From positions 3,472,001 to 3,536,000 of the forward strand of contig CATNEN010000034.1 of the NCBI GenBank assembly GCA_950097015.1: a DNA stretch of 64,000 bases, given 5' to 3'. This document shows positions 50,057 through 62,858 of the stretch, piece after piece. This stretch comes from Macrostomum hystrix. Its lineage: Eukaryota; Animalia; Platyhelminthes. The notes beneath the pieces are model-generated. The model worked only from the letters and a program-made list of their open reading frames with translations, had not been told where the DNA came from and searched no databases. The translations under genes and the position numbers were made by a program. Every line of letters begins with the position of its first letter. Positions within the stretch are counted from its first letter, which is position 1.

Positions 50057-53000
50057 ATGGCAAAAGCTTCTATCTGTGGACCCACAGTCACAAACTTAAC
50101 TGGAAGCTGGGTATGTTTATAATATTTTTTTATTACTCTGTTAAGTGCTGTGCATTGTTCTATCTCTTTTTTCTAGTTTTAATGCAATGCAAAATAGGCC
50201 TAATCAATGTATTTAGCTTTTTTGTCATAACTAGTACTAGTGTTGGAGGGCTCTTTCTTATTATTTAACTTCAGCAATATTTAACCAGTATAACCATACA
50301 TGCACAACACCCAGCTGACCCGGCCAAACTGGCCAGGTAAAACGAGGGCCAAGCAAGGTAAGTTGCAAAAACCAATCGACCAAGCACAAAAAATCAAAGG
50401 GGGGACCAAGGGACAAAAAAGGAAGGTGTGAAGAAAAGGGAAATTGGGAGAGAAAAAGAGAGCAAATGAGAGCAAACTAAGTCCTAAATAGAGCAGTGAA
50501 ACGAACTAAGTCGCAAATGAAAGCTAACTAAGTTGTAAATAGAGCAAAAACTAAGTTGCATGGCCAGCTAAGATTTGGGAGGTTGCGCATGTATGAGTAT
50601 AACACACATTTTTTTATATTAGAGTTGTTGGCGATTTCTTAGTTTCCCGCGTTAAATTATTTTGTAAGTCCAAGCAATAAGCAATTAAGCAATAAGAAGT
50701 CCAAGTCCATATATAAAAGTCCAGGGGCCATAGATAGGATGTCAAGGACGTCAGACAGGGGTAGTAGTGCGCAATCCAGAACATGATGTTGCCAAACTGC
50801 TTGTGCCGAAACTGGCGGCGCCACATGTACTCTTGCAGGTACATGTCAAAAAGCTTGTCACTTGTACCATGCATGGCGCGGAATTTCGCCTTGCAGTTCC
50901 CCCACATGCCTTCAACCAGGTTGGTGTGGATTGTTGGGTCATTGGGGTCGCGGAAGTGGAGCGAGTGGTTCACTGTGGCGTGGTTTCCGGGTAGTGCATT
51001 GTAGCCGGCCCACTGATCTGTGATGATCCGCGTTCCAGGTAGCACATGTTGCACAATCAGTGGCAGGAGTGTTGCAGCTGATCGGCTATTGACTGGGATG
51101 AGGACACAATGACTGCTGCCTCGCTCAACCATGCCAAGCACCCAGTGGCCCTCGTGGTATGCACTGCAGTGGTACTTGCGGTGCATGAACTTGGATTCGT
51201 CAATCTCGACGTCAATTCCAGGTCCACCAAGCTCAGTTGGGTGGTTGATGAGGAACTGGGCACAGATGTCATGCACAAAATTGAACCAGTCCATTATTGT
51301 GTTCAGTGCAGTCCGCATCTCGTGAGCTGCATCTGTCTGACGTACATTGGCAGCCCAGAAGTATACAATGTCAATGAGCTGCACTAGAGTCAGGTGACTA
51401 CCTTCAAAGAAGGAGCCCAGTTGAATTGACCATTGCCTCCTGCAGGTCTTGCAGGCCCAGCAGACACCATCGACATAGTCATGACCAGCTCGACATTGGT
51501 AGCCACACTGTTTGCCTATGCAATGAGGGTATTCCATTGAATTTCGCAGTAGGCCATACATAGCAAGCCACTCCACTCCCGTCTCACCAGTGAGGACAGT
51601 CAGCTCCCAATGGTTCACGTCGAGGTCGCAGAGCTCAATGGTAGGCCTCAGAAGGTGTGGGTCAACGATGAAACGGTGTGCCTGAGGTCGTCTGGCCATG
51701 ATCAGCTGAAAAAAGCAAAAAAAATAATTTAACACGGGAAACTAAGAAATCGCCGAGTTGTTAACTCTATGGTAGCATGTGAGTGTCCGAGTGGTAAGAC
51801 ACTTTTTCTACTTATTAATATGAATAACTCATATAGGTATTTTTTTCTTCGCATTGGTTATATTAGTGACACAAAGTCTTAATTTCCAGTCTCAATGCAG
51901 GGCTACCAATGGATTGGAGGGTATCAGTTACCCACATTTCTTCCTTATGGAATTACTCATTTCTTCCTCACCCTGCACAGGCTTGTTTATTTAATGCAAT
52001 CCCTTTATAGGTGATACCTTTATCACACCCTTTACAGGCTTATGCACACTTTATTTTGGATCTGACCCTTTTTGCTTACTGTTCAACACAAATTCTGTTG
52101 TCTAAGGTTATTGCTTTCCAGCTTTATAAAGAATTAACAAGTTTTGGAAACATTGTATTTTTAGAACTTTTGAGTTTAGAACTTTGAAAATGTCCATTTT
52201 GCACGTCCACTAGTTGGGTTTTCTACTCTCAAAAATGTGTTGTGTGCATATAATAGAGTGGAGGGGTGGTTTCCCAGTGCATTATAACAATTAGTGCATT
52301 CAAACAAAATATTAAATTTCTTCACTTGTTCGCATAAATTTAAAAGGAAAATACTGTAGAATTATTCACCTACTACACTAGTAACCAATATCTAAAATGT
52401 TTTATTTTGTAAATAAATAAATAGGTGCTAGACAGTCACTTTGTTATTTACAATATTGTCATTTTCTGTGGCAATCTAACTTAATTAAATGAATGCGCTG
52501 ATTGGCAGATAAAAATGTAAATGTTTCATCATTTAATCAATATACAGTTGACAACATGACTATGTGCAATGTAATGAGTTATGTTTGTTATGCAATCTAC
52601 TTTTTAAGTTTTGTGTACAAAAACATGGCAACTGCTAAAATTCATCCTTATTAAAATAAGTGGACAAATGGTTTCCAACTGTCCATCAAATTTATGAATT
52701 TTCTGGTGTCCCATCATGGTGAAATCAAGTCGGAGTGTCATGGTACAATGTGGTATATAACCATGACAATAACAATCTCCATAGTTTTTATTGATAGTCA
52801 TGCTTATGATTTTTTATTAGTTATATGATTTAGAAAGCTTAATTTTTTCAAACTTGATTTGTGATAAAGTTCTTTATATAGCTTATCCTTTCATTTTCTG
52901 GTAATTTAATTGTACCTATTGTAAACATATCAATAGAGATTAACAATCTTGTAGCCTGAAATTTTTTTTAGAGGGGGGATAGACTGCCCCAAGGGAGGGA

Positions 53001-56000
53001 AAATAAATTCTAAATCTTGAAGTATTGCATGGTATGTTGCTGAAAAATGCCATCACTCATCATATGCTAGAAAAACAGACTTAAAAACTTTTGGCGGCTG
53101 TTTGGGGGGATACATCCTCCCATCCCCCCTCCCTAGGCCACTGGAGATTAGACCATGTGTGACAACAATAGGCCACTTTTGTAAGACTAAAGTAATATAT
53201 TTTGATATTTCTTTGAGTACTCCTATCTATTTTAAGTAAAAATGACACAGTAGACTTTGTAAAGTGCATTTTTATTTTTTGGCAAAATATTTTAGTCTAT
53301 GTTAGACTAGTGCTAAAAGATTTACAACAAATTCATTTTTGTATTTGTATACACTAGTATATAAGGTATACAAGTTCATGTTCTAGATCATGTTGAGTAT
53401 ATTTCAGAACATAATTATTGAGTTTTTGCATTTAACTAGATATATACACAGCATTAAATCTTTGCCACACCTTCTATGGGTGTGTATATATTCCTTTTTT
53501 GAATTTACATTACAAAGAAACTGGTCTCTGTTAAAGTAGAGAGATCATTGGGATAGAAACTTTGATAGCTTTAGTGACATTTTTATATTTATAAGTTATC
53601 AGTTTAGAAAGTTTAAAAGCTATGCATTTATATTGGTATGAAGACATTAAAATTGGTTTTAGGGTATTGTTAATTTACTCTATGCTTTAAGCATAGCTTC
53701 AATTGGTTAACAAATTGTTATATTCTAACTTTTAGCAGCTTATTCCTAGGTTTGATTATTTTCAATTCTATATAAGGATATATAACTGCTAGTAAAGTTG
53801 TTCTATTTCTATGATTATTAAGTAAAGAATGCAATGATCTATTTTGTAATCTGGTTTGATGCAATATGCATAGTAATATAGTAGAAATGATGCTTTACCT
53901 ATTCCAGATTTTTTTGCTTAAATCAGAATTTAATTAGCAATCAAGAGTGCTATTATGCATGCTTATTTCATTTTTTTCATCAAAAAGCATTATATATTTG
54001 TGTATTTATATTATCATTATAATGTTTTTTTCATTTTCCAGTTTTGATGTTTGAAATATTAATATTATACTAGCTAAATAAAAGTGTGACAGAATATCCT
54101 ACCTCTATAAGATATTTTAGTTCTAAGCCTTACATCATTATTTGTTGGCTTAATAAATATTAATCAACATATTCTTGTTAACTTATTATATGCAGCTCTG
54201 TTCTAAGCAAATATATTTTCTTCCATGCACAAATCTTTCAGCATTTTTTCTGCAACAATTTGTTGGCTGGTAATTTTGTACAGTGACTTTTAAATAATTG
54301 TAGTGGATATACATTAAAGCATTCTTTATGAGACTTATATTTCTATCATTTTATTTTGTCTGTCCCTTATCTATATAATGTAATTTTATAATGTGTTCTG
54401 TATTAGAAGCCATAATCATGCTGTATGTGAATAAGGATTTGTATTTAGCTTCAGAATATTTTTTCTGGTAATGTATTAGATTCATAATGTAGCAATATCA
54501 TAATAAAAGTTTAATATTGAGCTCCCAATTTCAACTTCAGTTTCCAACAGGCTACTATGGGCACAACAGGGACAGTCACAGGAATGACATCTACACTGAG
54601 TATCGCAAGTTGGCAAAGCCACAGCCGCCGCGTGTCTTTTTGACTAGGATGAAGGTAAAAAGTTGTACTATTAGCCCAACTGGGTTAAGATGCCATTTCT
54701 ATTGCTCTTTATTATTATATTAGGGCAGCACAGGAACAGTTCAATGAATTATTCGTTATTTCTTTTAGGACGATCCGTTGAGGCATATGTTTTCTAATCA
54801 CGACAATCGCTACAGCTTCATCACGGATGCGACCTACTTAGATTTGGTAAGAGAGAGCCAAAGTTAACGCGCATTGTCTAATTTTACTGCTCCTAAATAC
54901 GAGTACTTTCAACTGCTCGCTCAGTTCACTTTCTCCTCTGTATTTCTGCGTGTCACGTTCAATTGTGACAGCTGTCTTACTGCTCTGTCACTCAGTTTCT
55001 CTCATATTATTCTCCTGTCATTTCTCTTGTTCCTCACCTGTCATTTGTCTTGTTCCTCATCCTTCAATTGTCCTGTTCCTCACCTGTCATTTGTCCAGTT
55101 CCTGACCTGTCAATATTCTCTTGTTACTCACCTGTCATTCCTGTCCTGTTCCTCACCTGTCATTCCTGTCCTGTTCCTCACCTGTCATTCCTGTCCTGTT
55201 CCTCACCTGTCATTCCTGTCCTGTTCCTCACCTGTCATTTGTCCAGTTCCTGACCTGTCAATATTCTCTTGTTACTCACCTGTCATTCCTGTCCTGTTCC
55301 TCACCTGTCATTCCTGTCCTGTTCCTCACCTGTCATTCCTGTCCTGTTCCTCACCTGTCATTCCTGTCCTGTTCCTCACCTGTCATTCCTGTCCTGTTCC
55401 TCACCTGTCATTCCTGTCCTGTTCCTCACCTGTCATTCCTGTCCTGTTCCTCACCTGTCATTCCTGTCCTGTTCCTCACCTGTCATTCCTGTCCTGTTCC
55501 TCACCTGTCATTCCTGTCCTGTTCCTCACCTGTCATTCCTGTCCTGTTCCTCACCTGTCCATTGCAATCGTCAACTCTGCAGGGAGTGGGCAAGAAGCGC
55601 AAGGTGCCAGAGTCTCGCTGCAATCGCGTCACTGACGATCTAATCAGCTGGGCGCCTCAGATGCGCAACCTAAAGGAGGGCGCCGAGCCTGCCATATCGG
55701 CCTATAAGCAAGCATTCACTGGCGGCCGGCAGCCTGCCCAGCTGATAGTTGACCGGCCCAAGACCTCCTTCGATGAGGATGCCCAGGTGCGCCAGACGAC
55801 TAGCTACAGGTGAGTGCTGTGGCGGCGATTGACACGACTGAAACCTTGTTGAAAGTAGGGAAATACCTCATTGAAGGTTGGATAACACTTGATTGAAGGT
55901 GGGGTAACACTCGATTGAAAATTAAACCCCACTTGATTGGCAGTTGGGTAACACCTGATTGACAGTAGGGAAACACCTGATTGACAGTAGGGAAACACCT

Positions 56001-56492
56001 GATTGACAGTAGGGAAACACCTGATTAGCAGTGGAGTAATACCCGTCTTACACCGGCTTTGCACAAGATTTACAGTGGCTGACGCGACACCTGCGGGACG
56101 AGGTGATAGTATGCACTAAAAATCCCTGGCTCCATCCCCGCATAACCAGGTACGCATTCGGGCCGGAGCTGTACAATCCCAACAAGCCCATTGTGGATGC
56201 CATCGGTAGGCCGGCCATTCTGGCTCGCCCGTGCGCCGTTAAGCCGCAGCTGCCGCCGGCTGCCGCGCGCGGCTCTGGTTCGCGCGCGCGCACGGCCTGC
56301 AGCAGCGGCCGGCTGTCAGTTGCCGACTGCCTGACCTGGCAGCCGCACGGTCCTGAGTCCGCCTGCGACGGCCTGCCACGCCGGCTTGACGGCGTTGAAG
56401 CTCCCCTGGGCCGCAGCTTCAGCCGCTTCGGCGGTGGCCCTGCAGTGCCGGAGGCGACACCCACCTGCCTGGCGCCTGATGCAGCCGAGTAG
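50057..56492 (+). CDS. C3orf84-like uncharacterized protein; join(50057..50110,54541..54654,54769..54846,55583..55809,56150..56492), 271 aa
   Basis: GSW|FPTGYYGH..EYRKLAKPQPPRVFL..RHMFSNHDNRYSF..GVGKKR matches, from recall, the human C3orf84 pattern GSW..GFYGHY..EY..AKPQPPAVFL..RHFFSKHDNR. All junctions are phase-consistent. Confidence 0.75.
50295..50595. mobile_element. hAT-type MITE, family CATAC (copy 2)
   Basis: TIR CATACATGC(A/G)CAAC. Perfect 8-bp TSD AGTATAAC. Homologous to 12764..13002. Confidence 0.9.
50614..51699 (-). CDS. Merlin DDE transposase (DDE_Tnp_IS1595-like), stop probably lost by frameshift
   Basis: GPGIDVEIDESKF, WVLGMVER, ITDQWAGY, VNHS, HTNLVEGMW, YLQEYMWR. ATG at 51699. 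The ORF runs through the TIR. Confidence 0.85.
   Translation of the reverse strand: MARRPQAHRFIVDPHLLRPTIELCDLDVNHWELTVLTGETGVEWLAMYGLLRNSMEYPHCIGKQCGYQCRAGHDYVDGVCWACKTCRRQWSIQLGSFFEGSHLTLVQLIDIVYFWAANVRQTDAAHEMRTALNTIMDWFNFVHDICAQFLINHPTELGGPGIDVEIDESKFMHRKYHCSAYHEGHWVLGMVERGSSHCVLIPVNSRSAATLLPLIVQHVLPGTRIITDQWAGYNALPGNHATVNHSLHFRDPNDPTIHTNLVEGMWGNCKAKFRAMHGTSDKLFDMYLQEYMWRRQFRHKQFGNIMFWIAHYYPCLTSLTSYLWPLDFYIWTWTSYCLIAYCLDLQNNLTRETKKSPTTLI
50630..51754 (-). mobile_element. Merlin (IS1595-like) DNA transposon, 1125 bp
   Basis: 34-bp TIR GGCGATTTCTTAGTTTCCCG(C/T)GTTAAATTATTTT and perfect 8-bp TSD GAGTTGTT. Confidence 0.95.
55070..55560. repeat. 25-bp pyrimidine-rich minisatellite (CCTCACCTGTCATTCCTGTCCTGTT) in intron 3 of the C3orf84-like gene
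   Basis: About 19 units. Confidence 0.9.
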
Positions 56493-57624
56493 TTGATCTC
56501 TTTGCTGCAGGCGCTAGCTACTTTTGTGAACTTTCATAATCGCTTCTGTCTATTATCGGTTCGATTGCTTGTTCTATACTGCGCTTAATACAATTCGAGT
56601 TTACATTGAATTCAATGGTATTTCTACGTGTATTATTACTATTAGATTAAATATTCTCACACCCCTACTGATAATACCTCAAGTCAGTAGATAATTCGAG
56701 TTTTAACAGTAAAATTTGAGCAGATTATTGCAGACCTCTTTAAAATAGGATATTTAGTTGCGTTACCAAACTTGTAGATTCCCATGTTTTATGCCTTTCT
56801 TAGTAAATTTCTGGCGAACCAGAAAACATCTAAAATTTGTTCTCTTTTTCTCTAAATTGGCTCTACAATGGGATTTGTCAGTAGGACCTAATTCATAATC
56901 ATAAATAAAAATGGGCAATGCCCTTATCAATTAAGATTCTGTTCTCTCAGCGTTTGGAAAGAATTAATTTGTAATTTTATTTCTCAGCTATGTTAAGCAG
57001 TCTGAATATCTTCTAAGTGTCCTATTTTGTATTCTAATTGCATTAAATTTAGCGAAACTATTTGGTTGTTAATTTTGTCTCCTGTCTGCCTTTGTTTATC
57101 TTGCTGGTTTAATAATCTTCACCACTTTAGGTTTTTAGGATTTCTCAAAAGACACTCGCCATGACTGTGATATCAAATATTAAATTTTTCATTGCTGCTC
57201 TAACTATTGTTTTACTGGGCACAGGCGTACACACACTGCTGAACCTTTTAAGGGCTTAATTTTAATTCAAGAAACGTTCGATGTTTCAAGTAGACTGTGC
57301 CCATCTGCTGCTTTTGTACTCAACTTTTACATTCCAACCTTTATTTTCACGTAGAGTTTTCTTTTTTCTATACAATTTATTATACTTTCTATGCTAACAA
57401 ATCCCTATTTGCATGATATTATGTCACTGCTGCCTTTTACAAAGTAAATCAAGGTACACTAAGTTTTCCTTTTTGATGCTGTACTTTTTTCTATTTTAGA
57501 AACTTGAATACTTGCTTTGACTCTAGTTTAATCCTGTTCCAATATGAGTACCATTATTATCACATTCTAGTGTTTGGAGAACAGTCTCAAATCCAAAAAA
57601 TTCAAGTTTGAGAACAATCTGAGA

Positions 57625-57770
57625 ATCCCATCCAGTGAGGTGTGAGAACAGTCTCCAATTTCCATCCAGTGAGGTGTGAGAACAGTCTCCGATTCCAATC
57701 CAGTGAGGTGTGAGAACAGTCTCCGATTCCAATCCAGTGAGGTGTGAGAACAGTCTCCAACTCCCTTCCA
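57625..57770. repeat. 34-bp tandem repeat, about 4 copies
   Basis: TCCAGTGAGGTGTGAGAACAGTCTCCGATTCCAA units. Confidence 0.8.
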
Positions 57771-57846
57771 GTAAGACTGTAAGAACAGTCTGCAAACCCG
57801 ATTAGTTCTCAGCGTCACCCCACCCCGGCAATTGCAGGTGTGGGTC

Positions 57847-58992
57847 ATGTCTAGAAGCGATTCGCCGCGGCCAGGAAGCGCTACCGCCGCCGGTGGCCCG
57901 TCGACTTTGTCGTCGGCAGTAGCGGATACTGAGGGCTGGTTGGCGCGCACACTGCAGCTGCTGGCATCCAGCAGGCCGGACAGTGTTCAGCAGCTGCGCG
58001 ACCTCCTGGATCAGGCGATCGGCAACGACCAGACACCTTCGGCTGTAGGGACTCAGCAAAACCAGCTGCAGGGCGCCAAAAGCAGCAACAATGGTCAAGT
58101 TGCTGTTGGCGAGCCAGAGAAGAAGAAGCCAAAAATGGCTACTTCAGAGAGTCGTCTGCGACTCATCGATATGTTCAGTGGCGATGGCGCTGGTAAGTAT
58201 TCTGTGCATCTGTGTATTTTGATTGACATCTGTGTAGTTTGATTTTTTTGAGCGGTCTGAGTCTCTGATTGGCCAGGGGTCTGAAAGTAGCGGTCAGCGG
58301 GAGTAGCGGTCTGAAAGTCTCTGATTGGTCAGCTGGAGTAGCGGTCTGAAAGTGTCTGATTGGTCAGCGGGAGTAGCGGTCTGAAAGTGTCTGATTGGTC
58401 AGCGGGAGTATCGGTCTGAAAGTGTCTGATTGGTCAGTGGGAGCAGTCTGAGAGTCTCTGATTCGCCAGGGGTCTGAAAGTCTCTGATTGGTCAAGGGAG
58501 TAGCGGTCTTAGAGTCGTTCCACTTTCTTTGCATCAGCATCGGGTGGCGGCAGTGCCGACTCCGGCGCAGCTAGCGGCATGTCCAAGTCGCGATCGAAAG
58601 CCGAGCTGGTAGCTAGCAGCGAGTCGTCAGACCCATCTCACTGCTGTGTCAAGTGCCGCTCAGGTCGTGGCCAGCTAGTCGACTGCTTCGACTGCAAGGA
58701 CTTCTACCACCTGGACTGTCACAGTCCACCGGTATCTGAGAGCGAAGTCAGCGACCAGCGCAGCGTCTGGTACTGCCTGCGCTGCCGACGCAAGGGTCGT
58801 TCTCAGACTGCATCAGCCGCCGCTGCCGACATGCCGACGCGACCTCCGGCGACTACGAATTCGTCCACTGCCGCCGCAGCCTCTGCTGGTTTGTCGGCAA
58901 CGGCTAGCGCCAGCTCAGGAGCTGGTGGGCACAAGATCAAAGCAGCCGCGGCAGATTTAGCGCCAGCTAAAAAGCGACCAAAGCGCGAATAA
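57847..58992 (+). CDS. INTS12: Integrator complex subunit 12-like PHD protein; join(57847..58192,58538..58992), 266 aa
   Basis: N-terminal LARTLQLLASSRPDSVQQLRDLLDQAI resembles the INTS12 N-terminal microdomain. PHD CVKC..GQLVDCFDCKDFYHLDCHSPPV..VSDQRSVWYCLRC. Confidence 0.8.
58255..58510. repeat. About 35-37-bp repeat with ATTGG (CCAAT) core in the INTS12 intron
   Basis: CTGATTGGTCAGCGGGAGTAGCGGTCTGAAAGTGT-like units. Confidence 0.8.
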
Positions 58993-59339
58993 ATAGACAC
59001 TTGGCGCTGATAAGCGATTGTGCAATCAAGGCTATCGTTGGGCGGTTTGTTAATTGGCGCGAAATTATTTAATAATAATTAGTCTGTACAGCTTGTTACT
59101 CATATTTATTTTATGCCGATGTCTTGCTTCGCCGACAACTGCTAAGCAAATATACCTTTAAATTCATGAGTCTTAATTGTCATTCTGCTGGGCACAGTTG
59201 ACTGTTCTGTTGGAGTGCCTTCCAACTTAAAATAATAGCTAAATTCTACTTACTGAAGAGCGCTGCTTCTCTCACTGACTTTCTCGTTTCTCTATTTCAT
59301 TTCACTCTTTCTTAGCCACTTAACCAGATGCTCGTTAAT

Positions 59340-61730
59340 TGTCACTCTTCACCGACATGCACACCAATGTCACTCTTCACCGACATGCACACCAATGTCG
59401 CTTTGCCGACATGCACACCAATGTCACTTTTCACCGACATGCACACCAATGTCACTTTTCACCGACATGCACACCAATGTCACTTTTCACCGACATGCAC
59501 ACCAGTGTCACTTTTCACCGACATGCACACCAGTGTCACTTTTCACCGACATGCACACCAATGTCACTTTTCACCGACATGCACACCAATGTCACTTTTC
59601 ACCGACATGCACACCAATGTCACTTTTCACCGACATGCACACCAATGTCACTTTTCACCGACATGCACACCAATGTCACTTTTCACCGACATGCACACCA
59701 ATGTCACTTTTCACCGACATGCACACCAATGTCACTTTTCACCGACATGCACACCAATGTCACTCTTCATCGACATGCACACCAATGTCACTCTTCATCG
59801 ACATGCACACCAATGTCACTCTTCATCGACATGCACACCAATGTCACTTTTCACCGACATGCACACCAATGTCACTTTTCACCGACATGCACACCAATGT
59901 CACTTTTCACCGACATGCACACCAGTGTCACTTTTTACCGACATGCACACCAGTGTCACTTTTCACCGACATGCACACCAATGTCACTTTTCACCGACAT
60001 GCACACCAATGTCACTTTTCACCGACATGCACTCCAATGTCACTTTTCACCGACATGCACACCAATGTCACTCTTCACCGACATGCACACCAATGTCACT
60101 TTTCACCGACATGCACACCAATGTCACTTTTCACCGACATGCACACCAATGTCACTCTTCATCGACATGCACACCAATGTCACTCTTCATCGACATGCAC
60201 ACCAATGTCACTCTTCATCGACATGCACACCAATGTCACTTTTCACCGACAAGCACACCAATGTCACTTTTCACCGACATGCACACCAATGTCACTTTTC
60301 ACCGACATGCACACCAATGTCACTTTTCACCGACATGCACACCAGTGTCACTTTTCACCGACATGCACACCAATGTCACTTTTCACCGACATGCACACCA
60401 ATGTCACTTTTCACCGACATGCACACCAATGTCACTTTTCACCGACATGCACACCAATGTCACTCTTCATCGACATGCACACCAATGTCACTCTTCATCG
60501 ACATGCACACCAATGTCACTCTTCATCGACATGCACACCAATGTCACTCTTCATCGACATGCACACCAATGTCACTTCACCGACATGCACACCAATGTCA
60601 CTTCACCGACATGCACACCAATGTCACTTTTCACCGACATGCACACCAGTGTCACTTTTTACCGACATGCACACCAGTGTCACTTTTCACCGACATGCAC
60701 ACCAATGTCACTTTTCACCGACATGCACACCAATGTCACTTTTCACCGACATGCACACCAATGTCACTTTTCACCGACATGCACACCAATGTCACTCTTC
60801 ATCGACATGCACACCAATGTCACTCTTCATCGACATGCACACCAATGTCACTCTTCATCGACATGCACACCAATGTCACTCTTCATCGACATGCACACCA
60901 ATGTCACTTCACCGACATGCACACCAATGTCACTTCACCGACATGCACACCAATGTCACTTTTCACCGACATGCACACCAGTGTCACTTTTTACCGACAT
61001 GCACACCAGTGTCACTTTTCACCGACATGCACACCAATGTCACTTTTCACCGACATGCACACCAATGTCACTTTTCACCGACATGCACTCCAATGTCACT
61101 TTTCACCGACATGCACACCAATGTCACTCTTCACCGACATGCACACCAATGTCACTTTTCACCGACATGCACACCAATGTCACTTTTCACCGACATGCAC
61201 ACCAATGTCACTCTTCATCGACATGCACACCAATGTCACTCTTCATCGACATGCACACCAATGTCACTCTTCATCGACATGCACACCAATGTCACTTTTC
61301 ACCGACAAGCACACCAATGTCACTTTTCACCGACATGCACACCAATGTCACTTTTCACCGACATGCACACCAATGTCACTTTTCACCGACATGCACACCA
61401 GTGTCACTTTTCACCGACATGCACACCAATGTCACTTTTCACCGACATGCACACCAATGTCACTTTTCACCGACATGCACACCAATGTCACTTTTCACCG
61501 ACATGCACACCAATGTCACTCTTCATCGACATGCACACCAATGTCACTCTTCATCGACATGCACACCAATGTCACTCTTCATCGACATGCACACCAATGT
61601 CACTCTTCATCGACATGCACACCAATGTCACTTCACCGACATGCACACCAATGTCACTTCACCGACATGCACACCAATGTCACTTTTCACCGACATGCAC
61701 ACCAATGTCACTTCACCGACATGCAAACCA
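59340..61730. repeat. 28-bp satellite (ATGTCACTTTTCACCGACATGCACACCA) with higher-order duplication
   Basis: About 85 units. Diagnostic variants recur at a 1056-bp offset. Confidence 0.95.
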
Positions 61731-62744
61731 ATGTTGCCCTTGCTTGCTGGCTTACTCCTGCTTACATAGTCTGTATGTAATTAGCCTGATCGCTGTATAG
61801 CTCGATTTACAGGCTGTGAAGAAGCGGCTGCTGCATCCTTATTGGATATTGAGCAGTAGCCAATAATCTTTGATCAGCTTGACTGCTTATGATATCTAGC
61901 CAGCTTGTTAGTTCAGGCACAGCATGTAATGCAGAAACTTTCTATAGCTTTTAGACGCGTTATAATCTTCTTAATCCATTCGAAAGCAATCTTCATGGTA
62001 CTTCTAGATGAGACCGTCCGTGAAATCTGTCGGCAGGGCCTGTTCTGCAAGATGACGTCGAGGGAGCTGATGTGTAAGTCTATTTATTCAGTGTAGGCAA
62101 TGAGCTGCTTTATTTGTTTTTGGTTTCGTGGATTATGCTCATTGTGCTAGCATAATTCCAAATACTAGCTAGACAAGTCCATTGTTATGCGTAGAAAAAG
62201 ACTAGACTGTAGATTTATACTCGAGTGAGGATTGGTATATGTAGGCGGACAACTTTATATTATAATTATTTTCTGCTGATAAGTTTTTGAAAACAAAATA
62301 ACATAGAATTAATTATGCTGAAGTCTATAAAGGATTAACCCATCTTGGAGATGTCGCAGCGGATTAACCCTGAGCTCCATTCTAGAGCCTTAAGTTAACA
62401 TCCCCTTTCTACCCCAGCTATAGTATTGGCCCCCAGTTCTGGAGTATAGGAGCAAGCGATTGCAACCATATGCAACATTTTGCAGGACAATTGCTTAATC
62501 TTGGCGACTAATTGGCTGTATATGAATTTCTTTGCAGGCAATATAGTCTCGCTGATAAATTTTCGTCGACGAGGAATTTAGCTCGCTACTCTACGCTTAG
62601 AGACTAAATAGAAACAGACTAGCTGACGCCATTTTGTGCGCCATAAAATTTCTGCGTCCCTGACTGTCTAATCTAAGGGATTAGACTCATTCGCACAAAT
62701 TTTTATTGCCGATGCGCATGTAGGTTTAGCTAATCGACAGGGGA

Positions 62745-62830
62745 CAGATGCGTGGGGTCAGTGGAATGGACAGAATCGGCCCTCGCTGGCTATGAGTCTG
62801 TTGTCACCAAATGATGTTCCAGTGCCCACA
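62745..62830 (+). mobile_element. SINE family A, 3' fragment
   Basis: GGGGTCAGTGGAATGGACAGAATCGGCCCTCGCTGGCT..CACCAAATGATGT resembles the family 3' half. Confidence 0.55.
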
Positions 62831-62858
62831 GCGAACTGTTAATACATTTTGTATTTAC

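Noticed and set aside
59328-61800. Three ORFs of about 800 aa
   Set aside because: The same peptide appears in all three frames because the unit is 28 bp; this is a satellite artefact.
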